A stretch of 64,000 nt of DNA. Source: Auanema rhodensis (lineage: Eukaryota > Animalia > Nematoda). The stretch covers positions 248,001 through 312,000 of the forward strand of contig CAXKVF010000076.1 in the NCBI GenBank assembly GCA_964057225.1, written 5' to 3'. Under the pieces are notes generated by a model. That model was given only the letters and a program-made list of their open reading frames with translations. It was not told where the DNA came from and did no database searches. Of the stretch, positions 28,685-43,600 are shown in pieces; positions within the stretch are counted from its first letter, which is position 1; every line of letters starts with the position of its first letter. Made by a program: the position numbers and the translations under genes.

Positions 28685-30796
28685 TCACGTAAATTTCAAA
28701 GTCATGGTTACCATGCACCAATATCAATAAAAATTTGTTTTTAGACTAATATGGACATGGGGAATCTAATTTTGAAAACCGCATCTCTTTATCTTTCACG
28801 TGAAGCGAGTTACATACCAAGTGCACATCACGTGTACATTTAATTAGCATAAATTAAAGTTCACGTAAATTTCAAAGTCATGGTTACCATGAAGCAATAT
28901 CAATAAAAATTTGTTTTTAGACTAATATGGACATGGGGAATCTTATTTTGAAAACCGCATCTCTTTATCTTTCACGTGAAGCGAGTTACATACCAAGTGC
29001 ACATCACGTGTACATTTATTTAGCATAAATTAAAGTTCACGTAAATTTCAAAGTCATGGTTACCATGAACCAATATCAATAAAAATTTGTTTTTAGACTA
29101 ATATGGACATGGGGAATCTAATTTTAAAAACCGCATCTCTTTATCTTTCACGTGAAGCGAGTTACATACCAAGTGCACATCACGTGTACATTTAATTAGC
29201 ATAAATTAAAGTTCACGTAAATTTCAAAGTCATGGTTACCATGCACCAATATTAATAAAAATTTGTTTTTAGACTAATATGGACATGGGGAATCTAATTT
29301 TGAAAACCGCATCTCTTTATCTTTCACGTGAAGCGAGTTACATACCAAGTGCACATCACGTGCACATTTAATTAGCATAAATTAAAGTTCACGTAAATTT
29401 CAAAGTCATGGTTACCATGCACCAATATCAATAAAAATTTGTTTTTAGACTAATATGGACATGGGGAATCTAATTTTGAAAACCGCATCTCTTCATCTTT
29501 CACGTGAAGCGAGTTACATACCAAGTGCACATCAAGTGTACATTTAATTAGCATAAATTAAAGTTCACGTAAATTTCAAAGTCATGGTTACCATGCACCA
29601 ATATCAATAAAAATTTGTTTTTAGACTAATATGGACATGGGGAATCTAATTTTGAAAACCGCATCTCTTTATCTTTCACGTGAAGCGAGTTACATACCAA
29701 GTGCACATCACGTGTACATTTAATTAGCATTAATTAAAGTTCACGTAAATTTCAAAGTCATGGTTACCATGCACCAATATCAATAAAAATTTGTTTTTAG
29801 ACTAATATGGACATGGGGAATCTAATTTTGAAAACCGCATCTCTTTATCTTTCACGTGAAGCGAGTTACATACCAAGTGCACATCACGTGTACATTTAAT
29901 TAGCATAAATTAAAGTTCACGTAAATTTCAAAGTCATGGTTACCATGAAGCAATATCAATAAAAATTTGTTTTTAGACTAATATGGACATGGGGAATCTT
30001 ATTTTGAAAACCGCATCTCTTTATCTTTCACGTGAAGCGAGTTACATACCAAGTGCACATCACGTGTACATTTATTTAGCATAAATTAAAGTTCACGTAA
30101 ATTTCAAAGTCATGGTTACCATGAACCAATATCAATAAAAATTTGTTTTTAGACTAATATGGACATGGGGAATCTAATTTTAAAAACCGCATCTCTTTAT
30201 CTTTCACGTGAAGCGAGTTACATACCAAGTGCACATCACGTGTACATTTAATTAGCATAAATTAAAGTTCACGTAAATTTCAAAGTCATGGTTACCATGC
30301 ACCAATATTAATAAAAATTTGTTTTTAGACTAATATGGACATGGGGAATCTAATTTTGAAAACCGCATCTCTTTATCTTTCACGTGAAGCGAGTTACATA
30401 CCAAGTGCACATCACGTGCACATTTAATTAGCATAAATTAAAGTTCACGTAAATTTCAAAGTCATGGTTACCATGCACCAATATCAATAAAAATTTGTTT
30501 TTAGACTAATATGGACATGGGGAATCTAATTTTGAAAACCGCATCTCTTCATCTTTCACGTGAAGCGAGTTACATACCAAGTGCACATCAAGTGTACATT
30601 TAATTAGCATAAATTAAAGTTCACGTAAATTTCAAAGTCATGGTTACCATGCACCAATATCAATAAAAATTTGTTTTTAGACTAATATGGACATGAGGAA
30701 TCTAATTTTGAAAACCGCATCTCTTTATCTTTCACGTGAAGCAAGTTACATACCAAGTGCACATCACGTGTACATTTAATTAGCATAAATTAAAGT
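28685..30796 (+). repeat. 6-monomer (1056-bp) tandem higher-order duplication
   Basis: A84T+A159T monomers lie at 28861 and 29917, and C41T+T151C monomers at 29213 and 30269. The sixth monomers differ. Confidence 0.88.
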
Positions 30797-33788
30797 TCAC
30801 GTAAATTTCAAAGTCATGGTTACCATGCACCAATATCAATAAAAATTTGTTTTTAGACTAATATGGACATGGGGAATCTAATTTTGAAAACCGCATCTCT
30901 TTATCTTTCACGTGAAGCGAGTTACATACCAAGTGCACATCACGTGTACATTTAATTAGCATAAATTAAAGTTCACGAAAATTTCAAAGTCATGGTTACC
31001 ATGCACCAATATCAATAAAAATTTGTTTTTAGACTAATATGGACATGGGGAATCTAATTTTGAAAACCGCATCTCTTCATCTTTCACGTGAAGCGAGTTA
31101 CATACCAAGTGCACATCACGTGTACATTTAATTAGCATAAATTAAAGTTCACGTAAATTTCAAAGTCATGGTTACCATGAAGCAATATCAATAAAAATTT
31201 GTTTTTAGACTAACATGGACATGGGGAATCTAATTTTGAAAACCGCATCTCTTCATCTTTCACGTGAAGCGAGTTACATACCAAGTGCACATCACGTGTA
31301 CATTTAATTAGCATAAATTAAAGTTCACGTAAATTTCAAAGTCATGGTTACCATGAACCAATATCAATAAAAATTTGTTTTTAGACTAATATGGACATGG
31401 GGAATCTAATTTTGAAAACCGCATCTCTTCATCTTTCACGTGAAGCGAGTTACATACCAAGTGCACATCACGTGTACATTTAATTAGCATAAATTAAAGT
31501 TCACGTAAATTTCAAAGTCATGGTTACCATGCACCAATATCAATAAAAATTTGTTTTTCGACTAATATGGACATGGGGAATCTAATTTTGAAAACCGCAT
31601 CTCTTTATCTTTCACGTGAAGCGAGTTACATACCAAGTGCACATCACGTGTACATTTAATTAGCATAAATTAAAGTTCACGTAAATTTCAAAGTCATGGT
31701 TACCATGCACCAATATCAATAAAAATTTGTTTTTAGACTAATATGGACATGGGGAATCTAATTTTGAAAACCGCATCTCTTTATCTTTCACGTGAAGCGA
31801 GTTACATACCAAGTGCACATCACGTGTACATTTAATTAGCATAAATTAAAGTTCACGTAAATTTCAAAGTCATGGTTACCATGAAGCAATATCAATAAAA
31901 ATTTGTTTTTAGACTAATATGGACATGGGGAATCTAATTTTGAAAACCGCATCTCTTTATCTTTCACGTGAAGCGAGTTACATACCAAGTGCACATCACG
32001 TGTACATTTAATTAGCATTAATTAAAGTTCACGTAAATTTCAAAGTCATGGTTACCATGAACCAATATCAATAAAAATTTGTTTTTAGACTAATATGGAC
32101 ATGGGGAATCTAATTTTAAAAACCGCATCTCTTTATCTTTCACGTGAAGCGAGTTACATACCAAGTGCACATCACGTGTACATTTAATTAGCATAAATTA
32201 AAGTTCACGTAAATTTCAAAGTCATGGTTACCATGAAGCAATATCAATAAAAATTTGTTTTTAGACTAATATGGACATGGGGAATCTAATTTTGAAAACC
32301 GCATCTCTTTATCTTTCACGTGAAGCGAGTTACACACCAAGTGCACATCACGTGTACATTTAATTAGCATAAATTAAAGTTCACGTAAATTTCAAAGTCA
32401 TGGTTACCATGAAGCAATATCAATAAAAATTTGTTTTTAGACTAATATGGACATGGGGAATCTAATTTTGAAAACCGCATCTCTTTATCTTTCACGTGAA
32501 GCGAGTTACATACCAAGTGCACATCACGTGTACATTTAATTAGCATAAATTAAAGTTCACGTAAATTTCAAAGTCATGGTTACCATGAACCAATATCAAT
32601 AAAAATTTGTTTTTAGACTAATATGGACATGGGGAATCTAATTTTAAAAACCGCATCTCTTTATCTTTCACGTGAAGCGAGTTACATACCAAGTGCACAT
32701 CACGTGTACATTTAATTAGCATAAATTAAAGTTCACGTATATTTCAAAGTCATGGTTACCATGAAGCAATATCAATAAAAATTTGTTTTTAGACTAATAT
32801 GGACATGGGGAATCTAATTTTAAAAACCGCATCTCTTTATCTTTCACGTGAAGCGAGTTACATACCAAGTGCACATCACGTGTACATTTAATTAGCATAA
32901 ATTAAAGTTCACGTAAATTTCAAAGTCATGGTTACCATGAACCAATATCAATAAAAATTTGTTTTTAGACTAATATGGACATGGGGAATCTAATTTTGAA
33001 AACCGCATCTCTTTATCTTTCACGTGAAGCGAGTTACATACCAAGTGCACATCACGTGTACATTTAATTAGCATAAATTAAAGTTCACGTAAATTTCAAA
33101 GTCATGGTTACCATGAAGCAATATCAATAAAAATTTGTTTTTAGACTAATATGGACATGGGGAATCTAATTTTGAAAACCGCATCTCTTTATCTTTCACG
33201 TGAAGCGAGTTACATACCAAGTGCACATCACGTGTACATTTAATTAGCATAAATTAAAGTTCACGTAAATTTCAAAGTCATGGTTACCATGAACCAATAT
33301 CAATAAAAATTTGTTTTTAGACTAATATGGACATGGGGAATCTAATTTTAAAAACCGCATCTCTTTATCTTTCACGTGAAGCGAGTTACATACCAAGTGC
33401 ACATCACGTGTACATTTAATTAGCATAAATTAAAGTTCACGTAAATTTCAAAGTCATGGTTACCATGAAGCAATATCAATAAAAATTTGTTTTTAGACTA
33501 ATATGGACATGGGGAATCTAATATTGAAAACCGCATCTCTTTATCTTTCACGTGAAGCGAGTTACATACCAAGTGCACATCACGTGTACATTTAATTAGC
33601 ATAAATTAAAGTTCACGTAAATTTCAAAGTCATGGTTACCATGCACCAATATCAATAAAAATTTGTTTTTAGACTAATATGGACATGGGGAATCTAATTT
33701 TGAAAACCGCATCTCTTTATCTTTCACGTGAAGCGAGTTACATACCAAGTGCACATCACGTGTACATTTAATTAGCATAAATTAAAGT

Positions 33789-36700
33789 TCACGTAAATTT
33801 CAAAGTCATGGTTACCATGCACCAATATCAATAAAAATTTGTTTTTAGACTAATATGGACATGGGAAATCTAATTTTGAAAACCGCATCTCTTCATCTTT
33901 CACGTGAAGCGAGTTACATACCAAGTGCACATCAAGTGTACATTTAATTAGCATAAATTAAAATTCACGTAAATTTCAAAGTCATGGTTACCATGCACCA
34001 ATATCAATAAAAATTTGTTTTTAGACTAATATGGACATTAGGAATCTAATTGTGAAAACCGCATCTCTTTATCTTTCACGTGAAGCGAGTTACATACCAA
34101 GTGCACATCAAGTGTACATTTAATTAGCATAAATTAAAGTTCACGTAAATTTCAAAGTCATGGTTACCATGCACCAATATCAATAAAAATTTGTTTTTAG
34201 ACTAATATGGACATGGGGAATCTAATTTTGAAAACCGCATCTCTTTATCTTTCACGTGAAGCGAGTTACATACCAAGTGCACATCACGTGTACATTTAAT
34301 TAGCATAAATTAAAGTTCACGTAAATTTCAAAGTCATGGTTACCATGAAGCAATATCAATAAAAATTTGTTTTTAGACTAATATGGACATGGGGAATCTA
34401 ATTTTGAAAACCGCATCTCTTTATCTTTCACGTGAAGCGAGTTACATACCAAGTGCACATCACGTGTACATTTAATTAGCATAAATTAAAGTTCACGTAA
34501 ATTTCAAAGTCATGGTTACCATGAACCAATATCAATAAAAATTTGTTTTTAGACTAATATGGACATGGGGAATCTAATTTTAAAAACCGCATCTCTTTAT
34601 CTTTCACGTGAAGCGAGTTACATACCAAGTCCACATCACGTGTACATTTAATTAGCATAAATTAAAGTTCACGTAAATTTCAAAGTCATGGTTACCATGA
34701 ACCAATATCAATAAAAATTTGTTTTTAGACTAATATGGACATGGGGAATCTAATTTTGAAAACCGCATCTCTTCATCTTTCACGTGAAGCGAGTTACATA
34801 CCAAGTGCACATCACGTGTACATTTAATTAGCATAAATTAAAGTTCACGTAAATTTCAAAGTCATGGTTACCATGAAGCAATATCAATAAAAATTTGTTT
34901 TTAGACTAATATGGACATGGGGAATCTAATTTTGAAAACCGCATCTCTTCATCTTTCACGTGAAGCGAGTTACATACCAAGTGCACATCACGTGTACATT
35001 TAATTAGCATAAATTAAAGTTCACGTAAATTTCAAAGTCATGGTTACCATGAACCAATATCAATAAAAATTTGTTTTTAGACTAATATGGACATGGGCAA
35101 TCTAATTTTGAAAACCGCATCTCTTTATCTTTCACGTGAAGCGAGTTACATACCAAGTGCACATCACGTGTACATTTAATTAGCATAAATTAAAGTTCAC
35201 GTAAATTTCAAAGTCATGGTTACCATGCACCAATATCAATAAAAATTTGTTTTTAGACTAATATGGACATGGGGAATCTAATTTTGAAAACCGCATCTCT
35301 TCATCTTTCACGTGAAGCGAGTTACATACCAAGTGCACATCACGTGTACATTTAATTAGCATAAATTAAAGTTCACGTAAATTTCAAAGTCATGGTTACC
35401 ATGCACCAATATCAATAAAAATTTGTTTTTAGACTAATATGGACATGGGGAATCTAATTTTGAAAACCGCATCTCTTTATCTTTCACGTGAAGCGAGTTA
35501 CATACCAAGTGCACATCACGTGTACATTTAATTAGCATAAATTAAAGTTCACGTAAATTTCAAAGTCATGGTTACCATGCACCAATATCAATAAAAATTT
35601 GTTTTTAGACTAATATGGACATGGGGAATCTAATTTTGAAAACCGCATCTCTTTATCTTTCACGTGAAGCGAGTTACATACCAAGTGCACATCACGTGTA
35701 CATTTAATTAGCATAAATTAAAGTTCGCGTAAATTTCAAAGTCATGGTTACCATGAAGCAATATCAATAAAAATTTGTTTTTAGACTAATATGGACATGG
35801 GGAATCTAATTTTGAAAACCGCATCTCTTTATCTTTCACGTGAAGCGAGTTACATACCAAGTGCACATCACGTGTACATTTAATTAGCATAAATTAAAGT
35901 TCACGTAAATTTCAAAGTCATGGTTACCATGAACCAATATCAATAAAAATTTGTTTTTAGACTAATATGGACATGGGGAATCTAATTTTAAAAACCGCAT
36001 CTCTTTATCTTTCACGTGAAGCGAGTTACATACCAAGTGCACATCACGTGTACATTTAATTAGCATAAATTAAAGTTCACGTAAATTTCAAAGTCATGGT
36101 TACCATGAAGCAATATCAATAAAAATTTGTTTTTAGACTAATATGGACATGGGGAATCTAATTTTGAAAACCGCATCTCTTTATCTTTCACGTGAAGCGA
36201 GTTACACACCAAGTGCACATCACGTGTACATTTAATTAGCATAAATTAAAGTTCACGTAAATTTCAAAGTCATGGTTACCATGAACCTATATCAATAAAA
36301 ATTTGTTTTTAGACTAATATGGACATGGGGAATCTAATTTTGAAAACCGCATCTCTTTATCTTTCACGTGAAGCGAGTTACATACCAAGTGCACATCACG
36401 TGTACATTTAATTAGCATAAATTAAAGTTCACGTAAATTTCAAAGTCATGGTTACCATGCACCAAAATCAATAAAAATTTGTTTTTAGACTAATATGGAC
36501 ATGGGGAATCTAATTTTGAAAACCGCATCTCTTTATCTTTCACGTGAAGCGAGTTACATACCAAGTGCACATCACGTGTACATTTAATTAGCATAAATTA
36601 AAGTTCACGTAAATTTCAAAGTCATGGTTACCATGCACCAATATCAATAAAAATTTGTTTTTAGACTAATATGGACATGGGAAATCTAATTTTGAAAACC

Positions 36701-39700
36701 GCATCTCTTCATCTTTCACGTGAAGCGAGTTACATACCAAGTGCACATCAAGTGTACATTTAATTAGCATAAATTAAAATTCACGTAAATTTCAAAGTCA
36801 TGGTTACCATGCACCAATATCAATAAAAATTTGTTTTTAGACTAATATGGACATGGGAAATCTAATTTTGAAAACCGCATCTCTTTATCTTTCACGTGAA
36901 GCGAGTTACATACCAAGTGCACATCAAGTGTACATTTAATTAGCATAAATTAAAGTTCACGTAAATTTCAAAGTCATGGTTACCATGCACCAATATCAAT
37001 AAAAATTTGTTTTTAGACTAATATGGACATGGGGAATCTAATTTTGAAAACCGCATCTCTTTATCTTTCACGTGAAGCGAGTTACAAACCAAGTGCACAT
37101 CACGTGTACATTTAATTAGCATAAATTAAAGTTCACGTAAATTTCAAAGTCATGGTTACCATGAAGCAATATCAATAAAAATTTGTTTTTAGACTAATAT
37201 GGACATGGGGAATCTAATTTTGAAAACCGCATCTCTTTATCTTTCACGTGAAGCGAGTTACATACCAAGTGCACATCACGTGTACATTTAATTAGCATAA
37301 ATTAAAGTTCACGTAAATTTCAAAGTCATGGTTACCATGAAGCAATATCAATAAAAATTTGTTTTTAGACTAATATGGACATGGGGAATCTAATTTTGAA
37401 AACCGCATCTCTTTATCTTTCACGTGAAGCGAGTTACATACCAAGTGCACATCACGTGTACATTTAATTAGCATAAATTAAAGTTCACGTAAATTTCAAA
37501 GTCATGGTTACCATGAAGCAATATCAATAAAAATTTGTTTTTAGACTAATATGGACATGGGGAATCTAATTTTGAAAACCGCATCTCTTTATCTTTCACG
37601 TGAAGCGAGTTACACACCAAGTGCACATCACGTGTACATTTAATTAGCATAAATTAAAGTTCACGTAAATTTCAAAGTCATGGTTACCATGAACCAATAT
37701 CAATAAAAATTTGTTTTTAGACTAATATGGACATGGGGAATCTAATTTTGAAAACCGCATCTCTTTATCTTTCACGTGAAGCGAGTTACATACCAAGTGC
37801 ACATCACGTGTACATTTAATTAGCATAAATTAAAGTTCACGTAAATTTCAAAGTCATGGTTACCATGCACCAATATCAATAAAAATTTGTTTTTAAACTA
37901 ATATGGACATGGGAAATCTAATTTTGAAAACCGCATCTCTTCATCTTTCACGTGAAGCGAGTTACATACCAAGTGCACATCAAGTGTACATTTAATTAGC
38001 ATAAATTAAAATTCACGTAAATTTCAAAGTCATGGTTACCATGCACCAATATCAATAAAAATTTGTTTTTAGACTAATATGGACATTAGGAATCTAATTG
38101 TGAAAACCGCATCTCTTTATCTTTCACGTGAAGCGAGTTACATACCAAGTGCACATCAAGTGTACATTTAATTAGCATAAATTAAAGTTCACGTAAATTT
38201 CAAAGTCATGGTTACCATGCACCAATATCAATAAAAATTTGTTTTTAGACTAATATGGACATGGGGAATCTAATTTTGAAAACCGCATCTCTTTATCTTT
38301 CACGTGAAGCGAGTTACATACCAAGTGCACATCACGTGTACATTTAATTAGCATAAATTAAAGTTCACGTAAATTTCAAAGTCATGGTTACCATGAAGCA
38401 ATATCAATAAAAATTTGTTTTTAGACTAATATGGACATGGGGAATCTAATTTTGAAAACCGCATCTCTTTATCTTTCACGTGAAGCGAGTTACATACCAA
38501 GTGCACATCACGTGTACATTTAATTAGCATAAATTAAAGTTCACGTAAATTTCAAAGTCATGGTTACCATGAACCAATATCAATAAAAATTTGTTTTTAG
38601 ACTAATATGGACATGGGGAATCTAATTTTAAAAACCGCATCTCTTTATCTTTCACGTGAAGCGAGTTACATACCAAGTCCACATAACGTGTACATTTAAT
38701 TAGCATAAATTAAAGTTCACGTAAATTTCAAAGTCATGGTTACCATGAACCAATATCAATAAAAATTTGTTTTTAGACTAATATGGACATGGGGAATCTA
38801 ATTTTGAAAACCGCATCTCTTCATCTTTCACGTGAAGCGAGTTACATACCAAGTGCACATCACGTGTACATTTAATTAGCATAAATTAAAGTTCACGTAA
38901 ATTTCAAAGTCATGGTTACCATGAAGCAATATCAATAAAAATTTGTTTTTAGACTAATATGGACATGGGGAATCTAATTTTGAAAACCGCATCTCTTCAT
39001 CTTTCACGTGAAGCGAGTTACATACCAAGTGCACATCACGTGTACATTTAATTAGCATAAATTAAAGTTCACGTAAATTTCAAAGTCATGGTTACCATGA
39101 ACCAATATCAATAAAAATTTGTTTTTAGACTAATATGGACATGGGCAATCTAATTTTGAAAACCGCATCTCTTTATCTTTCACGTGAAGCGAGTTACATA
39201 CCAAGTGCACATCACGTGTACATTTAATTAGCATAAATTAAAGTTCACGTAAATTTCAAAGTCATGGTTACCATGCACCAATATTAATAAAAATTTGTTT
39301 TTAGACTAATATGGACATGGGGAATCTAATTTTGAAAACCGCATCTCTTCATCTTTCACGTGAAGCGAGTTACATACCAAGTGCACATCACGTGTACATT
39401 TAATTAGCATAAATTAAAGTTCACGTAAATTTCAAAGTCATGGTTACCATGCACCAATATCAATAAAAATTTGTTTTTAGACTAATATGGACATGGGGAA
39501 TCTAATTTTGAAAACCGCATCTCTTTATCTTTCACGTGAAGCGAGTTACATACCAAGTGCACATCACGTGTACATTTAATTAGCATAAATTAAAGTTCAC
39601 GTAAATTTCAAAGTCATGGTTACCATGCACCAATATCAATAAAAATTTGTTTTTAGACTAATATGGACATGGGGAATCTAATTTTGAAAACCGCATCTCT

Positions 39701-40652
39701 TTATCTTTCACGTGAAGCGAGTTACATACCAAGTGCACATCACGTGTACATTTAATTAGCATAAATTAAAGTTCACGTAAATTTCAAAGTCATGGTTACC
39801 ATGAAGCAATATCAATAAAAATTTGTTTTTAGACTAATATGGACATGGGGAATCTAATTTTGAAAACCGCATCTCTTTATCTTTCACGTGAAGCGAGTTA
39901 CATACCAAGTGCACATCACGTGTACATTTAATTAGCATAAATTAAAGTTCACGTAAATTTCAAAGTCATGGTTACCATGAACCAATATCAATAAAAATTT
40001 GTTTTTAGACTAATATGGACATGGGGAATCTAATTTTAAAAACCGCATCTCTTTATCTTTCACGTGAAGCGAGTTACATACCAAGTGCACATCACGTGTA
40101 CATTTAATTAGCATAAATTAAAGTTCACGTAAATTTCAAAGTCATGGTTACCATGAAGCAATATCAATAAAAATTTGTTTTTAGACTAATATGGACATGG
40201 GGAATCTAATTTTGAAAACCGCATCTCTTTATCTTTCACGTGAAGCGAGTTACACACCAAGTGCACATCACGTGTACATTTAATTAGCATAAATTAAAGT
40301 TCACGTAAATTTCAAAGTCATGGTTACCATGAACCTATATCAATAAAAATTTGTTTTTAGACTAATATGGACATGGGGAATCTAATTTTGAAAACCGCAT
40401 CTCTTTATCTTTCACGTGAAGCGAGTTACATACCAAGTGCACATCACGTGTACATTTAATTAGCATAAATTAAAGTTCACGTAAATTTCAAAGTCATGGT
40501 TACCATGCACCAATATCAATAAAAATTTGTTTTTAGACTAATATGGACATGGGGAATCTAATTTTGAAAACCGCATCTCTTTATCTTTCACGTGAAGCGA
40601 GTTACATACCAAGTGCACATCACGTGTACATTTAATTAGCATAAATTAAAGT
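33789..40652 (+). repeat. Duplication with 23-monomer (4048-bp) offset
   Basis: Markers: GG75-76TA+T88G at 34039/38087, G139C at 34631/38679, A36T at 36288/40336, and G78C monomers at 35021/39069. The boundaries are approximate. Confidence 0.85.
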
Positions 40653-43600
40653 TCACGTAAATTTCAAAGTCATGGTTACCATGCACCAATATCAATAAAA
40701 ATTTGTTTTTAGACTAATATGGACATGGGGAATCTAATTTTGAAAACCGCATCTCTTTATCTTTCACGTGAAGCGAGTTACATACCAAGTGCACATCACG
40801 TGTACATTTAATTAGCATAAATTAAAGTTCACGTAAATTTCAAAGTCATGGTTACCATGAAGCAATATCAATAAAAATTTGTTTTTAGACTAATATGGAC
40901 ATGGGGAATCTAATTTTGAAAACCGCATCTCTTTATCTTTCACGTGAAGCGAGTTACATACCAAGTGCACATCACGTGTACATTTAATTAGCATAAATTA
41001 AAGTTCACGTAAATTTCAAAGTCATGGTTACCATGAACCAATATCAATAAAAATTTGTTTTTAGACTAATATGGACATGGGGAATCTAATTTTAAAAACC
41101 GCATCTCTTTATCTTTCACGTGAAGCGAGTTACATACCAAGTGCACATCACGTGTACATTTAATTAGCATAAATTAAAGTTCACGTAAATTTCAAAGTCA
41201 TGGTTACCATGAAGCAATATCAATAAAAATTTGTTTTTAGACTAATATGGACATGGGGAATCTAATTTTGAAAACCGCATCTCTTTATCTTTCACGTGAA
41301 GCGAGTTACACACCAAGTGCACATCACGTGTACATTTAATTAGCATAAATTAAAGTTCACGTAAATTTCAAAGTCATGGTTACCATGAACCTATATCAAT
41401 AAAAATTTGTTTTTAGACTAATATGGACATGGGGAATCTAATTTTGAAAACCGCATCTCTTTATCTTTCACGTGAAGCGAGTTACATACCAAGTGCACAT
41501 CACGTGTACATTTAATTAGCATAAATTAAAGTTCACGTAAATTTCAAAGTCATGGTTACCATGCACCAATATCAATAAAAATTTGTTTTTAGACTAATAT
41601 GGACATGGGGAATCTAATTTTGAAAACCGCATCTCTTTATCTTTCACGTGAAGCGAGTTACATACCAAGTGCACATCACGTGTACATTTAATTAGCATAA
41701 ATTAAAGTTCACGTAAATTTCAAAGTCATGGTTACCATGCACCAATATCAATAAAAATTTGTTTTTAGACTAATATGGACATGGGAAATCTAATTTTGAA
41801 AACCGCATCTCTTCATCTTTCACGTGAAGCGAGTTACATACCAAGTGCACATCAAGTGTACATTTAATTAGCATAAATTAAAATTCACGTAAATTTCAAA
41901 GTCATGGTTACCATGCACCAATATCAATAAAAATTTGTTTTTAGACTAATATGGACATGGGAAATCTAATTTTGAAAACCGCATCTCTTTATCTTTCACG
42001 TGAAGCGAGTTACATACCAAGTGCACATCACGTGTACATTTAATTAGCATAAATTAAAGTTCACGTAAATTTCAAAGTCATGGTTACCATGAAGCAATAT
42101 CAATAAAAATTTGTTTTTAGACTAATATGGACATGGGGAATCTAATTTTGAAAACCGCATCTCTTTATCTTTCACGTGAAGCGAGTTACATACCAAGTGC
42201 ACATCACGTGTACATTTAATTAGCATAAATTAAAGTTCACGTAAATTTCAAAGTCATGGTTACCATGAACCAATATCAATAAAAATTTGTTTTTAGACTA
42301 ATATGGACATGGGGAATCTAATTTTAAAAACCGCATCTCTTTATCTTTCACGTGAAGCGAGTTACATACCAAGTCCACATCACGTGTACATTTAATTAGC
42401 ATAAATTAAAGTTCACGTAAATTTCAAAGTCATGGTTACCATGCACCAATATCAATAAAAATTTGTTTTTAGACTAATATGGACATGGGGAATCTAATTT
42501 TGAAAACCGCATCTCTTTATCTTTCACGTGAAGCGAGTTACATACCAAGTGCACATCACGTGTACATTTAATTAGCATAAATTAAAGTTCACGTAAATTT
42601 CAAAGTCATGGTTACCATGCACCAATATCAATAAAAATTTGTTTTTAGACTAATATGGACATGGGAAATCTAATTTTGAAAACCGCATCTCTTCATCTTT
42701 CACGTGAAGCGAGTTACATACCAAGTGCACATCAAGTGTACATTTAATTAGCATAAATTAAAATTCACGTAAATTTCAAAGTCATGGTTACCATGCACCA
42801 ATATCAATAAAAATTTGTTTTTAGACTAATATGGACATGGGAAATCTAATTTTGAAAACCGCATCTCTTTATCTTTCACGTGAAGCGAGTTACATACCAA
42901 GTGCACATCACGTGTACATTTAATTAGCATAAATTAAAGTTCACGTAAATTTCAAAGTCATGGTTACCATGAAGCAATATCAATAAAAATTTGTTTTTAG
43001 ACTAATATGGACATGGGGAATCTAATTTTGAAAACCGCATCTCTTTATCTTTCACGTGAAGCGAGTTACATACCAAGTGCACATCACGTGTACATTTAAT
43101 TAGCATAAATTAAAGTTCACGTAAATTTCAAAGTCATGGTTACCATGAACCAATATCAATAAAAATTTGTTTTTAGACTAATATGGACATGGGGAATCTA
43201 ATTTTAAAAACCGCATCTCTTTATCTTTCACGTGAAGCGAGTTACATACCAAGTGCACATCACGTGTACATTTAATTAGCATAAATTAAAGTTCACGTAA
43301 ATTTCAAAGTCATGGTTACCATGAAGCAATATCAATAAAAATTTGTTTTTAGACTAATATGGACATGGGGAATCTAATTTTGAAAACCGCATCTCTTTAT
43401 CTTTCACGTGAAGCGAGTTACACACCAAGTGCACATCACGTGTACATTTAATTAGCATAAATTAAAGTTCACGTAAATTTCAAAGTCATGGTTACCATGA
43501 ACCTATATCAATAAAAATTTGTTTTTAGACTAATATGGACATGGGGAATCTAATTTTGAAAACCGCATCTCTTTATCTTTCACGTGAAGCGAGTTACATA

